Of a stretch of DNA of 64,000 bases, positions 50,104 to 63,519 are shown piece by piece. Source of the stretch: Mobula hypostoma (taxonomy: Eukaryota); assembly GCF_963921235.1 (NCBI RefSeq), contig NC_086108.1, forward strand, positions 36,892,001 to 36,956,000, read 5' to 3'. The first letter of the stretch is position 1. Every line of letters starts with the position of its first letter. Both the position numbers and the translations under genes were made by a program. The notes beneath the pieces were generated by a model that searched no databases, was not told the DNA's origin, and saw only the letters and a list, made by a program, of their open reading frames with translations.

Positions 50104-51839
50104 CCAACGGGCTTGGCCCATTTGTAACTCCGGTCACACACTACTGTCCTTTGAAAAAGCTAAGCAGAGCCCTTAGTTCATGGGCAATCAGGGATGGGCA
50201 ATAAATACTAACCATGATTCGCAAATGTACGAATTGATAACTTCAACAGAATGGGGATTTTCTCTCTCATCCTCCATTGTGATTTATCTACTCATATTTT
50301 GCAATTGTCAGATTAAGGCCCAGAAACACTCAAATTCACTGAATATTCATATCACAGTGAGCAAGCTGTTTAGTGCAGAGAGAACCCACAGTTCTCAGAA
50401 TTAACCTAAATCTCGTCCATACATAATCAATTGCCTGCAATGAATGTTACAGTATTCAAACTACTGTTTATTTCTGTGCTGCAGATTCACCTATTGCCCC
50501 AGCAGATTTCAGCTGATTCAAGGACTGTACCTAAACTGCTAAGTTTTAGCCTCATATCGGAGGATCACCTATAAATCTACTGATAATGTTCATGCCTCTG
50601 AGTTAGAAGGTTGTGGGATGAAATTGCACATCCGAGACTGAAGCAAGAAAAGCCTATTCTAACCTTTCATAGGAATACTGCGCTGTAGCTACTGTATTTT
50701 GAATGAGAGGCTCATGAGCCTTCTGATGTGGACATAACAAGAAAAGGAAGGGTATTGACTTATTAATACATTTTATTTAAATTCTTATGTGATTCTCGTT
50801 TTTCCTCATTTTATTAAATTACCAAGTTGGACTCTTGTTCATTTGCAGGAAGTTCGTCATAAAGCTAGATTGGCCAGTGAACATACAAGGGTTACTTTTA
50901 CTGCAGATGCAGGAATCTGGAGCAAAAAATAAGCTGCTTAACAAACTCAACAGATCAATCTGCATCTTTGGAGCCAAATAGACACTTTGGCACTCTGACC
51001 CTTCATCAAACTGTAATGAAGATATATGTCCTACGTCAGTCAAGCATCCTCTGATGAATTCAGGTTGATCAGACTTTGACTCAACCTGTGATAATCCATG
51101 TTGGATTTTTCTCGCATTGTGTAGTTAAGTGGTGGGTTACAGAATTAGTTCATATCAATCAGAAACAGGAATTTATACATTTCCTCTGTGATAAAACATG
51201 CCAACTGATTGTAGAATCATTACCATGTTGTTGTTTGTTGAAGTGATTGTGTGCAAATCGACTGCTGTATTTCCCACATCACAATAGTTATTGCCTTTCA
51301 AAAGTACTAAACTGAAATATCCTCATACTATAAAAGGTGTTTGGAAAATCTGTGTTAGTTTTTTAGACATCCTCTCACTTGGACACCAGAGAATTCAGTT
51401 TAACTTTCTAAACATACCAACAGGACATAAGCTGCCCTACCTTACATGGGATAATTAGGGTGAATAGTACAAATAAGTGGTTTTGAAGTTGAATGTATGT
51501 GATTGATATGAAGAATTATGGCAAACTTTCCTAGTTCACGTTGTGCAAGGTTTTATGAAAAAATATCATCCATTAAGGATCCAAATTTATAAAATTTACC
51601 TCATTTAAACCTAAAAACCCACCTCTTGTGATAAACGACAATGTAAACATTTCAGGGCATTTGGCTACAGACACTGAAAGTTAAATAAGGCATTGATTTT
51701 TTTTTTGATTGAAATATCCCTGCATACGGTGCAGAATGTAAAAGATAGGATGCTTCTGAAGATAATGGAGATATTACTCCTACAAAAAGTGAATGCAGCA
51801 GAGCAGAGAAGCTAGCAGCTTCTTAAGAGTTGCATGACA

Positions 51840-52998
51840 ATTCAGCCAATAAAAAGAAGACAGGGTAAAGTGGAGCAGCCATTTTGGAGCTGCTGTTGTG
51901 AATGGTGGCCAGTGTAGGTATGGGATCTGAGGCTTTGGCGAGGAGTAATGTGTGAGGAGCAGCTAAGAATAGGTAAACTTTTTTATTTTCCTGTTAATCT
52001 GTGATTTTTGACAATGTACACAAAATAACCGTCAGGGCAGTGAAATACTCTTCCTGTAAGATGTGGGAATTTAGGGAACCTCATGGTCTCCCTGATGAAT
52101 GTATTTGTGGGATATGTACCCAGCTGCAGCTCTTGACAGACTGGGTACTCAGGATCATACAGGATGCTGAAGCTATCATAGATGAGAATTTTAGTGAGTG
52201 GCCACACCTAAGGTCAGGCCATAGATAGGTGAGCGACCACCAGGAGCAGTAATGGGACTGCCAGAGTTGTTACCTCAGGATTTCTACCTATGCCATGTGC
52301 TAGTAAGTTGAGGAACAGATAAAAAATGCAGTTCAACATGTGACTAGGGATCTGATGCAGGAGAGAGTGCTTTGATTTATGGATCATTGTGCTATCTTCC
52401 AGGGCAGGTAGGACCTCTACAAACAAGTCTATTTGCATCTGGACTGGGGTGGAATCAATATTATTTCCAAGGGTTTCACTGTTGCTAGGTGGTAATGTGG
52501 AGGGCAAGGAAGATTCTATGACAACTACTGCTGAAAGGGAGAACAGGCTAATAAACACGGTGGGACTGATTAGCTGAAATGCGTTTATTTTATCTGTAGA
52601 GGTATGGATAAGGAGGATGGACAGAGCCTAGATCAATACATGGAATTATAATGTTGTTGCCAATACAGAAACATGTTTACGTGAGGGACAGGACTGGCAG
52701 ATAAACATTCTCAGGATTTGTTTTGTTTAGTGTGAAAGAGAGGGGGAAGTGAAGGGGCTGCATTACTAATAAGGTAGAATGTTAAGGCAGTACTCAGAGA
52801 GGGTATACTGGAAGCTCATCCACAGATGCATTGTGGGTGGAACTCAGAAATAAGAAAGGAGCAATTATACTTATGGAATTATACCATAGGCCCCCTAATA
52901 GCAATTAAGAGGTGCAGGAACAGATATGTAGACAGATATCGGGAAGGTGCAGAACCAACAGGGTTATCATAGTGAGTAACTTTAGCTTCCCCAATATT
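51840..52998 (+). mobile_element. CR1 5' portion (ORF1 remnants and endonuclease start)
   Basis: SSCKMWE...CGICTQLQLL and WVELRNKKGA...YHRPP. Homologous to 28700-30130. Confidence 0.7.
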
Positions 52999-54655
52999 AC
53001 AACATAAGAACATAGGATATAGGAACAGAATTAGGCCATTTGGCCCATTGAGTCTGCTCCACCATTTCGTCATGGCTGATTCGTTTTCTCTCTCAGCCCC
53101 AGTCTCCTTCCTTCTCCCTGGATGCCTTCATGCCCTGACTAATCAAGAATTTATCAACCTCTGCCTTAAATATACCCAATGACTTGGCCTCTACAGCAGC
53201 CTGTGGCAACGAATTCCGCAGATTCACCACTATCTGGCTAAAGAAGTTCCTCCTCAACTCCATTCTAAATTGATGTCCCTCTATTCTGAGGCTATGTCCT
53301 CTGGTCTTAGACTCCACACCACAGGAAACAACCTTTCCACATACACTCTGTTGAGGACTTTCAACATTCAATATGTTTCAATGAGGTCACTCCTCATTCT
53401 TCTGAATTCTAGTGAGTTGAGGTCCAGAGCAATCAAACAATCCTCATATGACAGGGCTTTCAATCCTGGAGTCATTTTCATGAATCTCTTTGGAAACCTT
53501 TGCAATGTCAGCACATCCTCTTTTAGATAAGGGGCTGAAAACTGCTCACAGTACTCCAAGTGAGGCTTCATAAGTGTTTTATAAAGCCTCAACACTACAT
53601 CCTTGCTTTTCTATTCTAGTCTTCTTGAAGTGAATGCTAATATCGCATTTCCCTTCACCACCACCAGCTCAACCTACAAATTAACCTTTAGGTAATTCTG
53701 TACAAGGACTCTCAAGTCCCTTTGCACCACAGATTTTTGAATTTTCTCTCCATTTAGAAAATAGTCTACATGTAACATAAAAAGAATTGGTCCCAACACA
53801 AACCCCTGTGGGATATCATTGGCCATCGGCAGTCAACCAGAAAAGCTTTCCATTATTTCCACTCCTGCCAATCAGCCAATGCTCTATCCATCTTTCCTAT
53901 CATACCATGGGATGTTAACATGTTAAACAGCCTCATGTGCGGCAGATTGTCAAAGGCCTTCTGAAAATCCAAGTATGCAACATCCACTGATTCCCCTTTG
54001 TCTATCCTGCTTGTTATTTCTTCAAAGAACCCAACAGATTTGTCAGGCGAGATTTTCCCTCAAGGAAACCATGATTACTACAGCCTATTTATCATGTGCC
54101 TTCAAGTACCCCAAAACCACATCCTTAACAATCAACTCCAACTTCTTTCCAACCACTGAAGTCAGACTAACCGGCCTATATTTTCATTTCTTCTGTCACT
54201 CTCCCAGCTTGAGGAGTGAAGTGACATTTGCAATTTTCCAGTCTTCCAGAACCATTCCAGAATCTAGTGATGCTTGGAATTTCATTACTAATGCCTCCAT
54301 AATCCCTTCAGCCAGCTTTTTCAGAACCCTGGGGTGTAGTACATCTGGTCCTGGTGACTTAGCTACCCTCAGACTTTTCAGTTTCACAAGAACCTTCTCC
54401 CTAGTAATAGCAACTTCATACGTTTCTCCCGCAGCCATTCTTGAACTTCAGGCACACTGTTAGTATCTTCCACAGCGAAGATTGATGTAAAATACCTATT
54501 TAGTTCATCCGCTATTTCCTTGTCCCCCATTACAACCTCTCCAGCGTCATTTTCTAGCAGTCTGATACGTACTCTCGCCTCTCTTTTACACTTTGTATAA
54601 CTGAAGAAACTTTTTATATCCTCTTTAATGTTATTGGCTAGCTTGTCTTCACATT
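52999..54655 (-). mobile_element. CR1 RT and 3' end, antisense
   Basis: Minus-strand ORFs KSPGPDVLHPRVLK, LEDWKIANVT, LYKTLMKPHLEYC, TRGHSLRIEG. The tail lies at 52999. Confidence 0.88.
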
Positions 54656-54679
54656 TCCTTCAACCTGATTGCATGAACA

Positions 54680-54943
54680 TCTATTTCTGGAATTTCCAGT
54701 AATTGGTCTTGATTTCACTCTGCCCTCCCCCTGGTTCCACATATCACTAACCACCTTGTACTTCGTCCCCTCCCCCACCTTCTTACTCTGTTTTTCTCTT
54801 CTTTTTCCAGTCATGATGAATGGTCTCAGCCCAAAATGTCGACTGTTAACTCTTTTCCATAGATGCTGCCTGCCCTGCTGGGCTCCTCTAGCATCTTGTG
54901 TGTATTGCTTTGACTTCCAGCATCTGCAGATTTTTTTTTTCCA
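54680..54943 (+). mobile_element. PLE pseudo-LTR fragment with 3' tail
   Basis: Degenerate hammerhead at 54809-54844, CATAGATGCTGCCTG...CCAGCATCTGCAGA. Confidence 0.8.
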
Positions 54944-55094
54944 AGTAGCTAATGATGAGACCCTTAATAGCATTGAGATACAGAGGGATTTTGAGGTCCT
55001 GGTACTCTGAAAATGCCTATGCTGGTGGATAAGGTGTTTGCAATACCCGCCCTCAATGGTGGGTGTATTGTGTATAAGATTTAGGATGATAGCA

Positions 55095-55420
55095 TGAAGT
55101 AACATAGAGGTTAGCACAATGCTTTACTGCACCAGAAATCAGCCATCAGCGTTCAGTTCCTGCCACTGTTTATAAGGAGGTTGTGACTTCTCCCTTTGAC
55201 TCTGTGAGTTTATTCCGGGTGTTTTTGTTTCCTCCCACATTCTAAAGATGTACAGGTTGGTGTTGATAACTCGTATGTAGGCTTTGTTGATGCCGGAAGC
55301 ATGGCAACACTTGTGGGCTGCCTCAGCACATTTTCCGACTGTTGTTTGTTGATGCAAATGACGTGTTTCACTGTAAATTTTGATGTACATAAGACAATTA
55401 AAGCTATGCTTTATAACCTT
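55095..55420 (+). mobile_element. V-SINE inserted in a CR1 3' fragment (about 54945-56260)
   Basis: GGTTAGCACAATGC head, TCCGGGTG...GTTTCCTCCCACATTCTAAAG V-domain, shared tail. Confidence 0.65.
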
Positions 55421-55712
55421 TAAAAATCATGCTGCAGCTACAGTATATAAAACTTTACTTGGAGTATTGCCCATTACAAGAAGAATAAGGAGACTGTGGA
55501 GAAAGTGGAGGAGAGATTTACCAGGATGTCGCTTGGGTTAGAGGAAAAGCTTTCAAGAAAGTTTGGCAAACCTGGATTGTTCTCCCTAGAGCATCAAAGG
55601 CTGAGGGGAGACCTGGCAGTTTTTCTAAAAATTCAGAGTATAGACAGGGTAGAAGTCAGGATCTTTTCCCCAGGGTGGAAATGTCAAACATTTTTAAGGT
55701 TAGATGACTGAA

Positions 55713-56070
55713 TTTTTTTTTTTGATAATATATTTTTTATTGAAGTTCATCATCAGACAAACATCTCCATAAGATGCATTTCAGATACTGTGATGTGATA
55801 TTGATGTTCATCCATCGTCGATGTCAATGAGGACCGCAACACCATTGTGATGGTGTCGAGACTAGCGCGTGGTTTGGATTTAAGTGAGGAAGAGTTGCGC
55901 AGTGTCAGCCTTATTCTCTCTTCCCATTTCCCATCTGGATCCAGTGGCAAGACTTCTACATATACATCATATAACCATATTTGTCACAAATCTCCACATA
56001 ATATTTATCTGAGGTATACACTTATAGAAAGGAGAGGAAAGAAAGAACAATCGAAAGAAGAAAACTATGT
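55713..56070 (-). mobile_element. Poly(A)-tailed L1-like 3' UTR fragment containing an RTE-related insert
   Basis: T11 run followed by TTTATT (minus-strand AATAAA plus poly-A). Confidence 0.5.
55791..55954 (-). mobile_element. RTE-related short retroposon
   Basis: Minus strand TCTTGCCACTGGATCCAGATGG...CCTCACTTAAATCCAA...GGTCCTCATTGACATCGACGATGGATGAAC resembles RTE/BovB-derived SINE ends. CpG-rich. Confidence 0.55.
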
Positions 56071-56276
56071 ACCTTTTAAGGTAATTTGAAGTGCAGGATT
56101 TTTTATGCAGTTAGTGATGGTGCATGGAATAGTTACCAGGGTAATAGAGGAAGCAAGCTGTTTGGTGGAGTTTGAGGCTTTCGACTCACACGTGAATGTG
56201 AAGAGAGTAGCTGGCTATGGATGATACAAAAGAGGAGGACAATTGATATCAAGATCAGCACAGCATCATGAGGTAG

Positions 56277-56450
56277 CACTCAGAAAATGTTGGAGGAGCT
56301 AGCAGGCCAGGCAGCGTCTATGGAAAATAGTCTTGGCCTGAAACGTCGACTGTACTTTTTTTCATAGATGCTGCCTGGCCTGCTAGTTCCTCCAGTAATT
56401 TGTGTGTGTTGCTTGGATTTCCGGAGTTCGCAGATTTTCTTTTGTTTGTG
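56277..56450 (+). mobile_element. 174-bp miniature fold-back PLE
   Basis: 56277-56327 is inverted relative to about 56357-56408. The loop holds the 3' half of the hammerhead (GGCCTGAAACGTCGACTG). Full tail. Imperfect TSD ATCATGAGGTAG/ATCCTGAGGCAG. Confidence 0.8.
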
Positions 56451-58364
56451 ATCCTGAGGCAGTGCTTATCTGTTCTGTTCTATGAGCGTATATTGCAACA
56501 TTCACATTTCTTCCAAGAAACCTGCCAAAACACTATGACCCCATCATCTAGATGGGAAAGCAGACCTCTCACTTACCTTCAAGCCGCACATAGTAACTAC
56601 TAAGGTATTTATCCCCTTGTGCTACCACATTCCTGTGAATAACTTCGAAATGCAAGGTTCTTGTTGCCAAGTCCTAATTCTGCATTTTCCAACCTAAGTA
56701 CTTGGTAAGTGCACAACAGGAGAGTTAAGGACCTGTCAAGAATGATTAGCTGCTAGACTTGTGTTGGGCATGTACCCCATTGACCACAGTACATTTGCAA
56801 ATGTACTACTGCTGGCTGAACAAGTAAAGGATCTGGGAATTTAACAAATGACAAAAAGCCATAATTTCTTGTTCTGTTATTGTTTAACTTTACTTGAGTA
56901 GAGAGTTTGCAAAAAATTAATATCAGGACAGACACTACAATTTTTGATACCATCCCTCTCTAAGTTATTAGCTCAATCCCCTGATCATTCCGTGATACTT
57001 TCCTTATAATAACAAACTAGATCAACCCTTCTCAACTGCAGTGACTTTCTTTAAGGCCATCCTTTTCAATTAATTAATTTCCACAGCTTCCTCCTGTTCT
57101 CGTGTATGAGATTGTAGGGTTATACTGCCCTTGCTGAGGTGTAGTAATATCAACTAGACAGTAAGCCAAACTCCACTCAGAAATGACATGAGAGTCAGGG
57201 TATAGCATCCTAACTCCTTGGTTTTATTGCAGACTCAATGGCATGACATAGGGAATCAGGAGCAAAATTGAAAAAAACATAGCACAATTATTGATTTGTT
57301 CCATTCACATAAGTAAGTATACACAGATAAGAGAGAACTTAGTTTCCTGCAGGTAAATGTTATAAGGTTCTGACAAGTAAATACTACAGGTAAATAGGAT
57401 GTGTAAACCATTAGCATCCAGGTTAGTGTCTATCATACTCAAAATTAACATTCTATTGCAGTGAACAATATAACATCAACTTACAAACAATGCTTCTGTT
57501 GAGGAAATAACAGGAAACTTTAGATAGAAACTTTTTCGCTCACTCCTAACATAAACCTCTGGCATTTTGCCAACCAATGTGCTTTCCAACTTGCTACTTC
57601 CTGACTGCACAGGAAGTGACCTAATAAGGATCTGAAACTGCTCATTAAAATAAAAGCTGAATGCACTTAATCATATAGAAAAACATAAATGAATTGCCCA
57701 AAGGGTAGAACAAGGGTAATGTAATGGGTGACAGATAACAATTATAACAGAAACTGTTCTCCATAACTCACAAACTCCATCACTAGTTTGTGTTCGCCTT
57801 AACGGATAGTGTCTGATGTAATGATGTCAGTGTAAGGTGATTGTTTTTGGTTTGTTCGTAATGGAAGTAAAGGATTGTGCCTTTTGTTAATCACATAAAA
57901 TGACTCTTGCATGTTTTCTTCACACAATCCCAACAAGGTCATCCGCATGCTGCAAAATTTTCCTGTCAGATCTCTGGACCACCTGGACCCCACGGCATCA
58001 GAATTCAGCTCAAACTGTTACTTTGCTGATGTGTTAGTCTCACATTTTTTCCTTATTAAATAGATCACAGGTCAACAATTAAGTTGGACATTAAGTGATA
58101 AAATACATCAGGTGATTCTTTTGTGCATGCTGATTGCTACTGCCCAGCAGCCACACAATTAATTGTAAAATGTTGATCATATTTGTTTGTTATAAATCCA
58201 TGATTTATTTGTTATAATGAGCCACTTCACATTCCATTGTAACACAAAGGTAATTTGGCGGGAAAGCTTGCGGGTTTATCAGCATTCTGAAGGCCTGATG
58301 AATGGGTTTCAGTCCGTGATGAGATGATTAACATCTCCAAAGGATTAGAATTATTTTTATCATC

Positions 58365-58622
58365 TAAAAGTGGTTGGGGTGTTGGGCTAGTGATCTGAAG
58401 GTCGTGAGATTGAGCCCCAGCTGAGGCAGCATGTTGTGTCCTTGAGCAAGGCACTTAACCAAACATTGCTCCAGTCCACCCAGCTGAAAATGGGTACCGG
58501 TAAAAATGCTGGGGGTTAACCTCGTGATAGACTGGCATCCTATCGGGGGGGGGGGGGATTCTCGTACTCTCAGTCGCTTCACACCACAGAAGCCGGCATA
58601 AGCACCAGCTGATGAGCCTGTA
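58365..58622 (+). mobile_element. tRNA-derived SINE
   Basis: AGTGGTT head and GTGTCCTTGAGCAAGGCACTTAAC core shared with the 44611 SINE. Confidence 0.7.
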
Positions 58623-59250
58623 ATAGAGGAATAGCGTATAGGAGCAGGGATGTGATGTTGAGGCTCTATAAGGCACTGGTGAGACCTCACTTGGAGTACT
58701 GTGGGCAGTTTTGGTCTCCTTATTTAAGAAAGGATGTGCTGACGTTGGAGAGGGTACAGAGAGGATTCACTAGAATGATTCTGGGAATGAGAGGGTTAAC
58801 ATATGAGGAACGTTTGTCCGCTCTGAGACTGTGCTCCTTGGAGTTTAGAAGAATGAAGGGAGACCTCATAGAAACATTTCAAATGTTGAAAGGCATGGAC
58901 AGAGTGGACGTGGCAAAGTTGTTTCCCATGATGAGGGAGCCTAGTACAAGAGGGCACGATTTAAGAATTGAAGGGCGCCCATTCAGAACAGAAATGCGAA
59001 GAAATTTTTTTAGCCAGAGGGTGGTGAATCTATGGAATTTGTTGCCATGGGTGGCAGTAGAGGCCAAGTCATTGAGTGTATTTAAGGCAGGGATTGATAG
59101 GTATCTGAGTAGCCAGGGCATCAAAGGTTATGGTGAGAAGGCAGGGGAGTGGGACTAAATGGGAGAATGGATCAGCTCATGATAAAATGGTGGAGCAGAC
59201 TCGATGGGCCGAAGGGCCAACCTCTGCTCCTTTGTCTTGTCTTATGGTCT
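58623..59250 (+). mobile_element. Young CR1 3' end
   Basis: Open ORF 58652-59158 (LYKALVRPHLEYC...TRGH...FFSQRVVNLWN), 3' hairpin GGGCCGAAGGGCC, CTTATGG tail. Confidence 0.9.
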
Positions 59251-61285
59251 AATGCTCAGGACAGACTTTAACTTAACTAAAAGTGGCCACGTAGGTGTCA
59301 TTGTTACTCTGTATACAGAATGTGGTTTCACTGCAAATGATTAGAACTGATAGCTCTATGGACATACAGAAGGAGCAACATTATGAATGTAAAGAATGCC
59401 ATGCACTGCTCTTTGTACTTTCCTGTTTATATACTTTATGAATGAAGTTTATTTTTGAAATAACTAAAAAAAAGTAGCAGCTCCAAGCACATTGAGTATG
59501 AATCCAGATGTGAAGCCAAGGTTTCTGCTGCTTTGTGAATTTGTAAATCTTGTGTACAGGCAGACCACAGGGGTTTGGAGGAGAACACAGCTCCTCCAAC
59601 ATTACTTCCAGATCACAGCATGTTTTTAAATTTAATGGAATAGCCCCTTGGTTTCTTGCAACATTCTTGGAAATGAAGCTCAGTCAATTTTTATGTTGGC
59701 AGGCTACAAAGCTCCTTTCACAATGGAGCCATCTGACACCTTTAATTTTAGTTTATCTTAAATTCAACATGCCCTTGCTCTAGGTTGACTACAAATGCCA
59801 GCGAAGCTAATCGGAGAATGAGTTTTGATAAAGGCAAACAGAAAACTAATTGAAGACATAAATGTATGCTAAAATTATATCACACCTGAAAATGGCACAG
59901 CAGGTGAGTTCTGATGATTATATAAACAGTGTTAAACATTCAGGGAACCCACTGTAGATATGCTAATGCCTGTTTTGTTCTGATAATGGGAGAAAAAGCA
60001 ACGTTATTAGTATTTCAGCTGTACGTCCTCTTGACATTTAATTGCCAACTTATTTTAGCTCAATTGGTTGTTCTTTTGAATGAATTATTTTTAAATATTC
60101 ACTGTGCAAGAGCATAAGCTTCATTCCCTCTGTCCTTGATGCCAGCATTACATCTACCCTTGCAGAGAATGCAGTGTGCTTAAAATTATAAGCATGAAAC
60201 AACATTTTATTCTATTCAAAATGGCATTATTCTATTGCATTTATCTAGAAAAAGCAAAGCTTTTAGTGAGAGATTGTTTGATTATGCGCACAGAAGTATT
60301 CAGTTACAAGGAAATATGGCACAGATGAACAGCTGCTGGATATTTCTACAGACTGTAAATAAAATCAGAGTTATGGGCCATTTCAATCCCTTTGTGAAAG
60401 ATAAAGAACATTTGAGATCGTTCAATAAAAGCTCAAGAATATTCATGTAAATAGGCCATTTTATTTGAGAAGCACTTACACTTTTGTTTGATATATTGAA
60501 TACTGCTGTTAAAAGGGAATAATTTGATGGCCATGTATTTTAATGCCCATGGCAAATTGCAGAACGAATTATCAACTTTTGAGGGAGTGACATTTATTTT
60601 AAAAGAAAGCTAAATGAGACGCGCATTGTAACTTCCTGTTTTAAGAACATTGAAAGCTTGTTAATACATCATTCCAGTCTTCTTTAGAATCATGAATGTG
60701 ATTGTTCTGTATCTATTTAGCCACTGAACTCTGCTGAAACTTTTCTGCTTCCGTTTATTCCCTTTTTTAAAAAAATGTTAAAATCTGAGTGTGTGTCAAA
60801 TCTAAGAGTGTCAAATTTTCTATCTACCAAATCATCATTTTCACTGTAACATTCAAAATGTTTGTCAACACCTTCAAATTCTTTGTAGATCTTAACTTGT
60901 TGAAGTAGTGAAATTGATTTAATTTCACTCTTGGTCATTTCTGGCATCTGGAAGCATGAATGTTTGAAACCGCAGTGAGCGAAACAGTTCTGAATTATCT
61001 TACTGCTTATTTCTTGCCAACTGTCAGTGACAATATCATTGCTTTATGAAGAGAAGCACACAAAACTGATACTATTTAAATACTGTTTGCTCTAAGCACA
61101 GTGTATTGTCTAAAATCTCTGAAATGAGGTAGAAACTACTTGGCAATAGACTCCTGGCCCAATTAAGCAACATAGTGACCCAAATAAACAAAAGGAATCC
61201 ATGTTTCTGACCTTCAAACAGAGCCTTAAACTCCATATATTCTTCATTTCATGTCCTATATGGGTAGGCTCTCTTAAACTAAATG

Positions 61286-61922
61286 CAGTGGCCACTTTAT
61301 TAGGTATACCTGCACACTTGCTTGTTAATGTAAATATCTAATCAGCCAATCATGTGGCAACAACTCAGTGCGTAAAAGGATGCAGAGATAGTCAAGAGGT
61401 TCAGTTGTTGTTCAGACCAAACATCAGAATGGGGAAGAAATGTATTCTATATGATTTCAACAATGGAATGACAGCTGGGGTGGTTTGAGTACAGGTATCT
61501 CAAAAACTGCTGATCTCCTGGGATTTTCACACACAACAGTTCCTGGAAGAGGGGTTTCCAACCTGGGGTCCACTGACCCCTTGCTTAATGGTATTGTTCC
61601 ATGGCATCCAAAAAGTTTGGGAACCCCTGTCCTGGAGTTTACAGAGAACAGTGCAAAAATAAAAAAAAAGAAGAACACCTAGTGGACGGCACTTCTGTGG
61701 GTGAAAGGGCCTTGTTAATGAGAGAGTCAGAGGAGAATTGTTACACTGCTTCAAGCTGGAAGGAAGGTGACGGCAACTCAAATAACCATGTGTTAACCTA
61801 CAGCGGTGTGCAGAAGAGCATCTTTGAATGAACAACATGTTGAATCTTAAAGTGGATGGGCTACAGCAGCAGAAGATCAGAAAAGTGCACTCAGTGGCCA
61901 CTTTATTAGGTACCTCCTGCAG
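61286..61922 (+). mobile_element. Tc1-like non-autonomous element, rearranged
   Basis: The terminal motif CAGTGGCCACTTTATTAGGTA occurs at 61286 and 61893 in the same orientation. An HTH-like remnant (GISKTADLLGFSHTT) lies between. Confidence 0.65.
61549..61629. mobile_element. 81-bp hAT (Charlie-type) MITE
   Basis: TIRs AGGGGTTTCCAA/TTGGGAACCCCTG. 8-bp TSD TCCTGGAA/TCCTGGAG (61541-48 and 61630-37). Confidence 0.8.
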
Positions 61923-61929
61923 TGACTAC

Positions 61930-62172
61930 TGGGTGCGGCCCATAAATTTAACATGACAGGGAAGAGGTTAAAGGGGATTTGAGGTAAAATTTTCACACCA
62001 AGAGTAATAAGCTGCCATAGGAGGTGGTGGAAGCGAGATCAGTATCTGGACAAGTACTTGAATGAGCAGGGCATAAAGGTATATGGAATCAAGGAGACAA
62101 GTGGGATTAATACAGATCAACAGAATGGTGGGCATGGATGCAGTGGGCCTGTTTCGAAGCTATGTGACTCTG
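61930..62172 (+). mobile_element. Decayed CR1 3' end
   Basis: TTTTCACACCAAGAG...GCTGCCATAGGAGGTGGTGGAAGC...GGGCCTGTTTC...TATGTGACTC. Confidence 0.6.
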
Positions 62173-63519
62173 TCAGTCTTGTTACAGTCTAGAGGTATAC
62201 ATTAGGTCATTTATTCCAACATTAGTAGAGATCATCACTGACGCATTTTAGAAATAATTGGAGAAGGAGGGGACTGCTATTTACTTGATTAAATAAAAGC
62301 CATTAAGAGGGAAGAGGATGTCTTCCTCCATAATGAGATCATTTGTTGTACCTATATGGAATGTTAAGGTATAAGCTTCCTGAAAGAATGGTAGGAGGAA
62401 TGGCGGGTGGTCTGGTGTATTACTCCTAGTAGTGATGGCCAGATGTCAGCATGTTTTGTTGGATGTTGACTGGGGGAATTAGATGGTGATCTACTTCATA
62501 TAGAATTGGTAAAGAAATGCCACCATTGCTCACTTCAAACAAGCTTTTATGGAATTTAAATTTGGGATTTTGGTAACATCATCAGTGTGGGTATTTTATG
62601 GCCTATCGCTGGTTTCTCTGAATGTGTTTGAGTCAATAGCACAATCTGACACTGCCATAACATTACAAGTAGTTAAGAAAAGTGGGAGGCAAGTTCCTTT
62701 TACAGGATACTTCAATGAATAATTCTGCAACTATTTTCTGATATTAGATTATAAACATGCAGAAAAAGATTGAGACTGAGATTTGAATTCCCAACCTTTG
62801 GGTACAATAGTCACAAAGGTAGTGAAGTTATATAAGCCAGAAACCAATTAGAGTTTAATTTCTGTGAAATTTCCTGCTATACATGATGAAATGAGGGTTT
62901 AAAAGATGAGAGGAATACCAAACCAAGTGAGGATGTAAGATGATTTTAGAAATGAGAAGAATTTCAGAAGTTCTTGAAATGGTGTGGAGTCAACTAAAAC
63001 AACACACAGAGGAATGAAATGGATTTAAGCAGTTCTGATAATGAAAATCAAATTTTTTTAAAGTTCTGTTTTGGAATGAGATCAGTGAAAATCAGTTGAA
63101 GTGAAGCCCAATTTAAAGCACTGAATCTAAAATATGAATGTCCATCTCCAGCAGGTCAAGTAGTAATGCGGAATTTTTGAAAAAATCAATAAAACTCCCA
63201 CAGTTTTATTTGAATTGTATTCTCTAGAAAGTTTCGATTCACAGGAGCTGGTCTTGTCGGGATAGAGGCCAAATGCAGGAAATTGAGACTAAGTGGGTGG
63301 GTACTGTGGGCAGTATGGACTTGTTGAGTCGAAGGGCCTGTACAGAGCCATATTGTTGTTTGACTCTATGACTCTGAGAGGATTGACTTCAGAGAATGCC
63401 CATGAATCATAACACATGGGAACAAAAATAATGATTCTTTTCCTTATTCAACTGCCAAGTTCCATGATTTGGAATGTGTCTTGGAATTTCCCCAAATTCC
63501 CAATGGAAGGACACACAGT

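Noticed and set aside
58652..59158. Intact 168-aa CDS
   Set aside because: It is the C-terminal piece of a 5'-truncated CR1 ORF2, not an independent gene.
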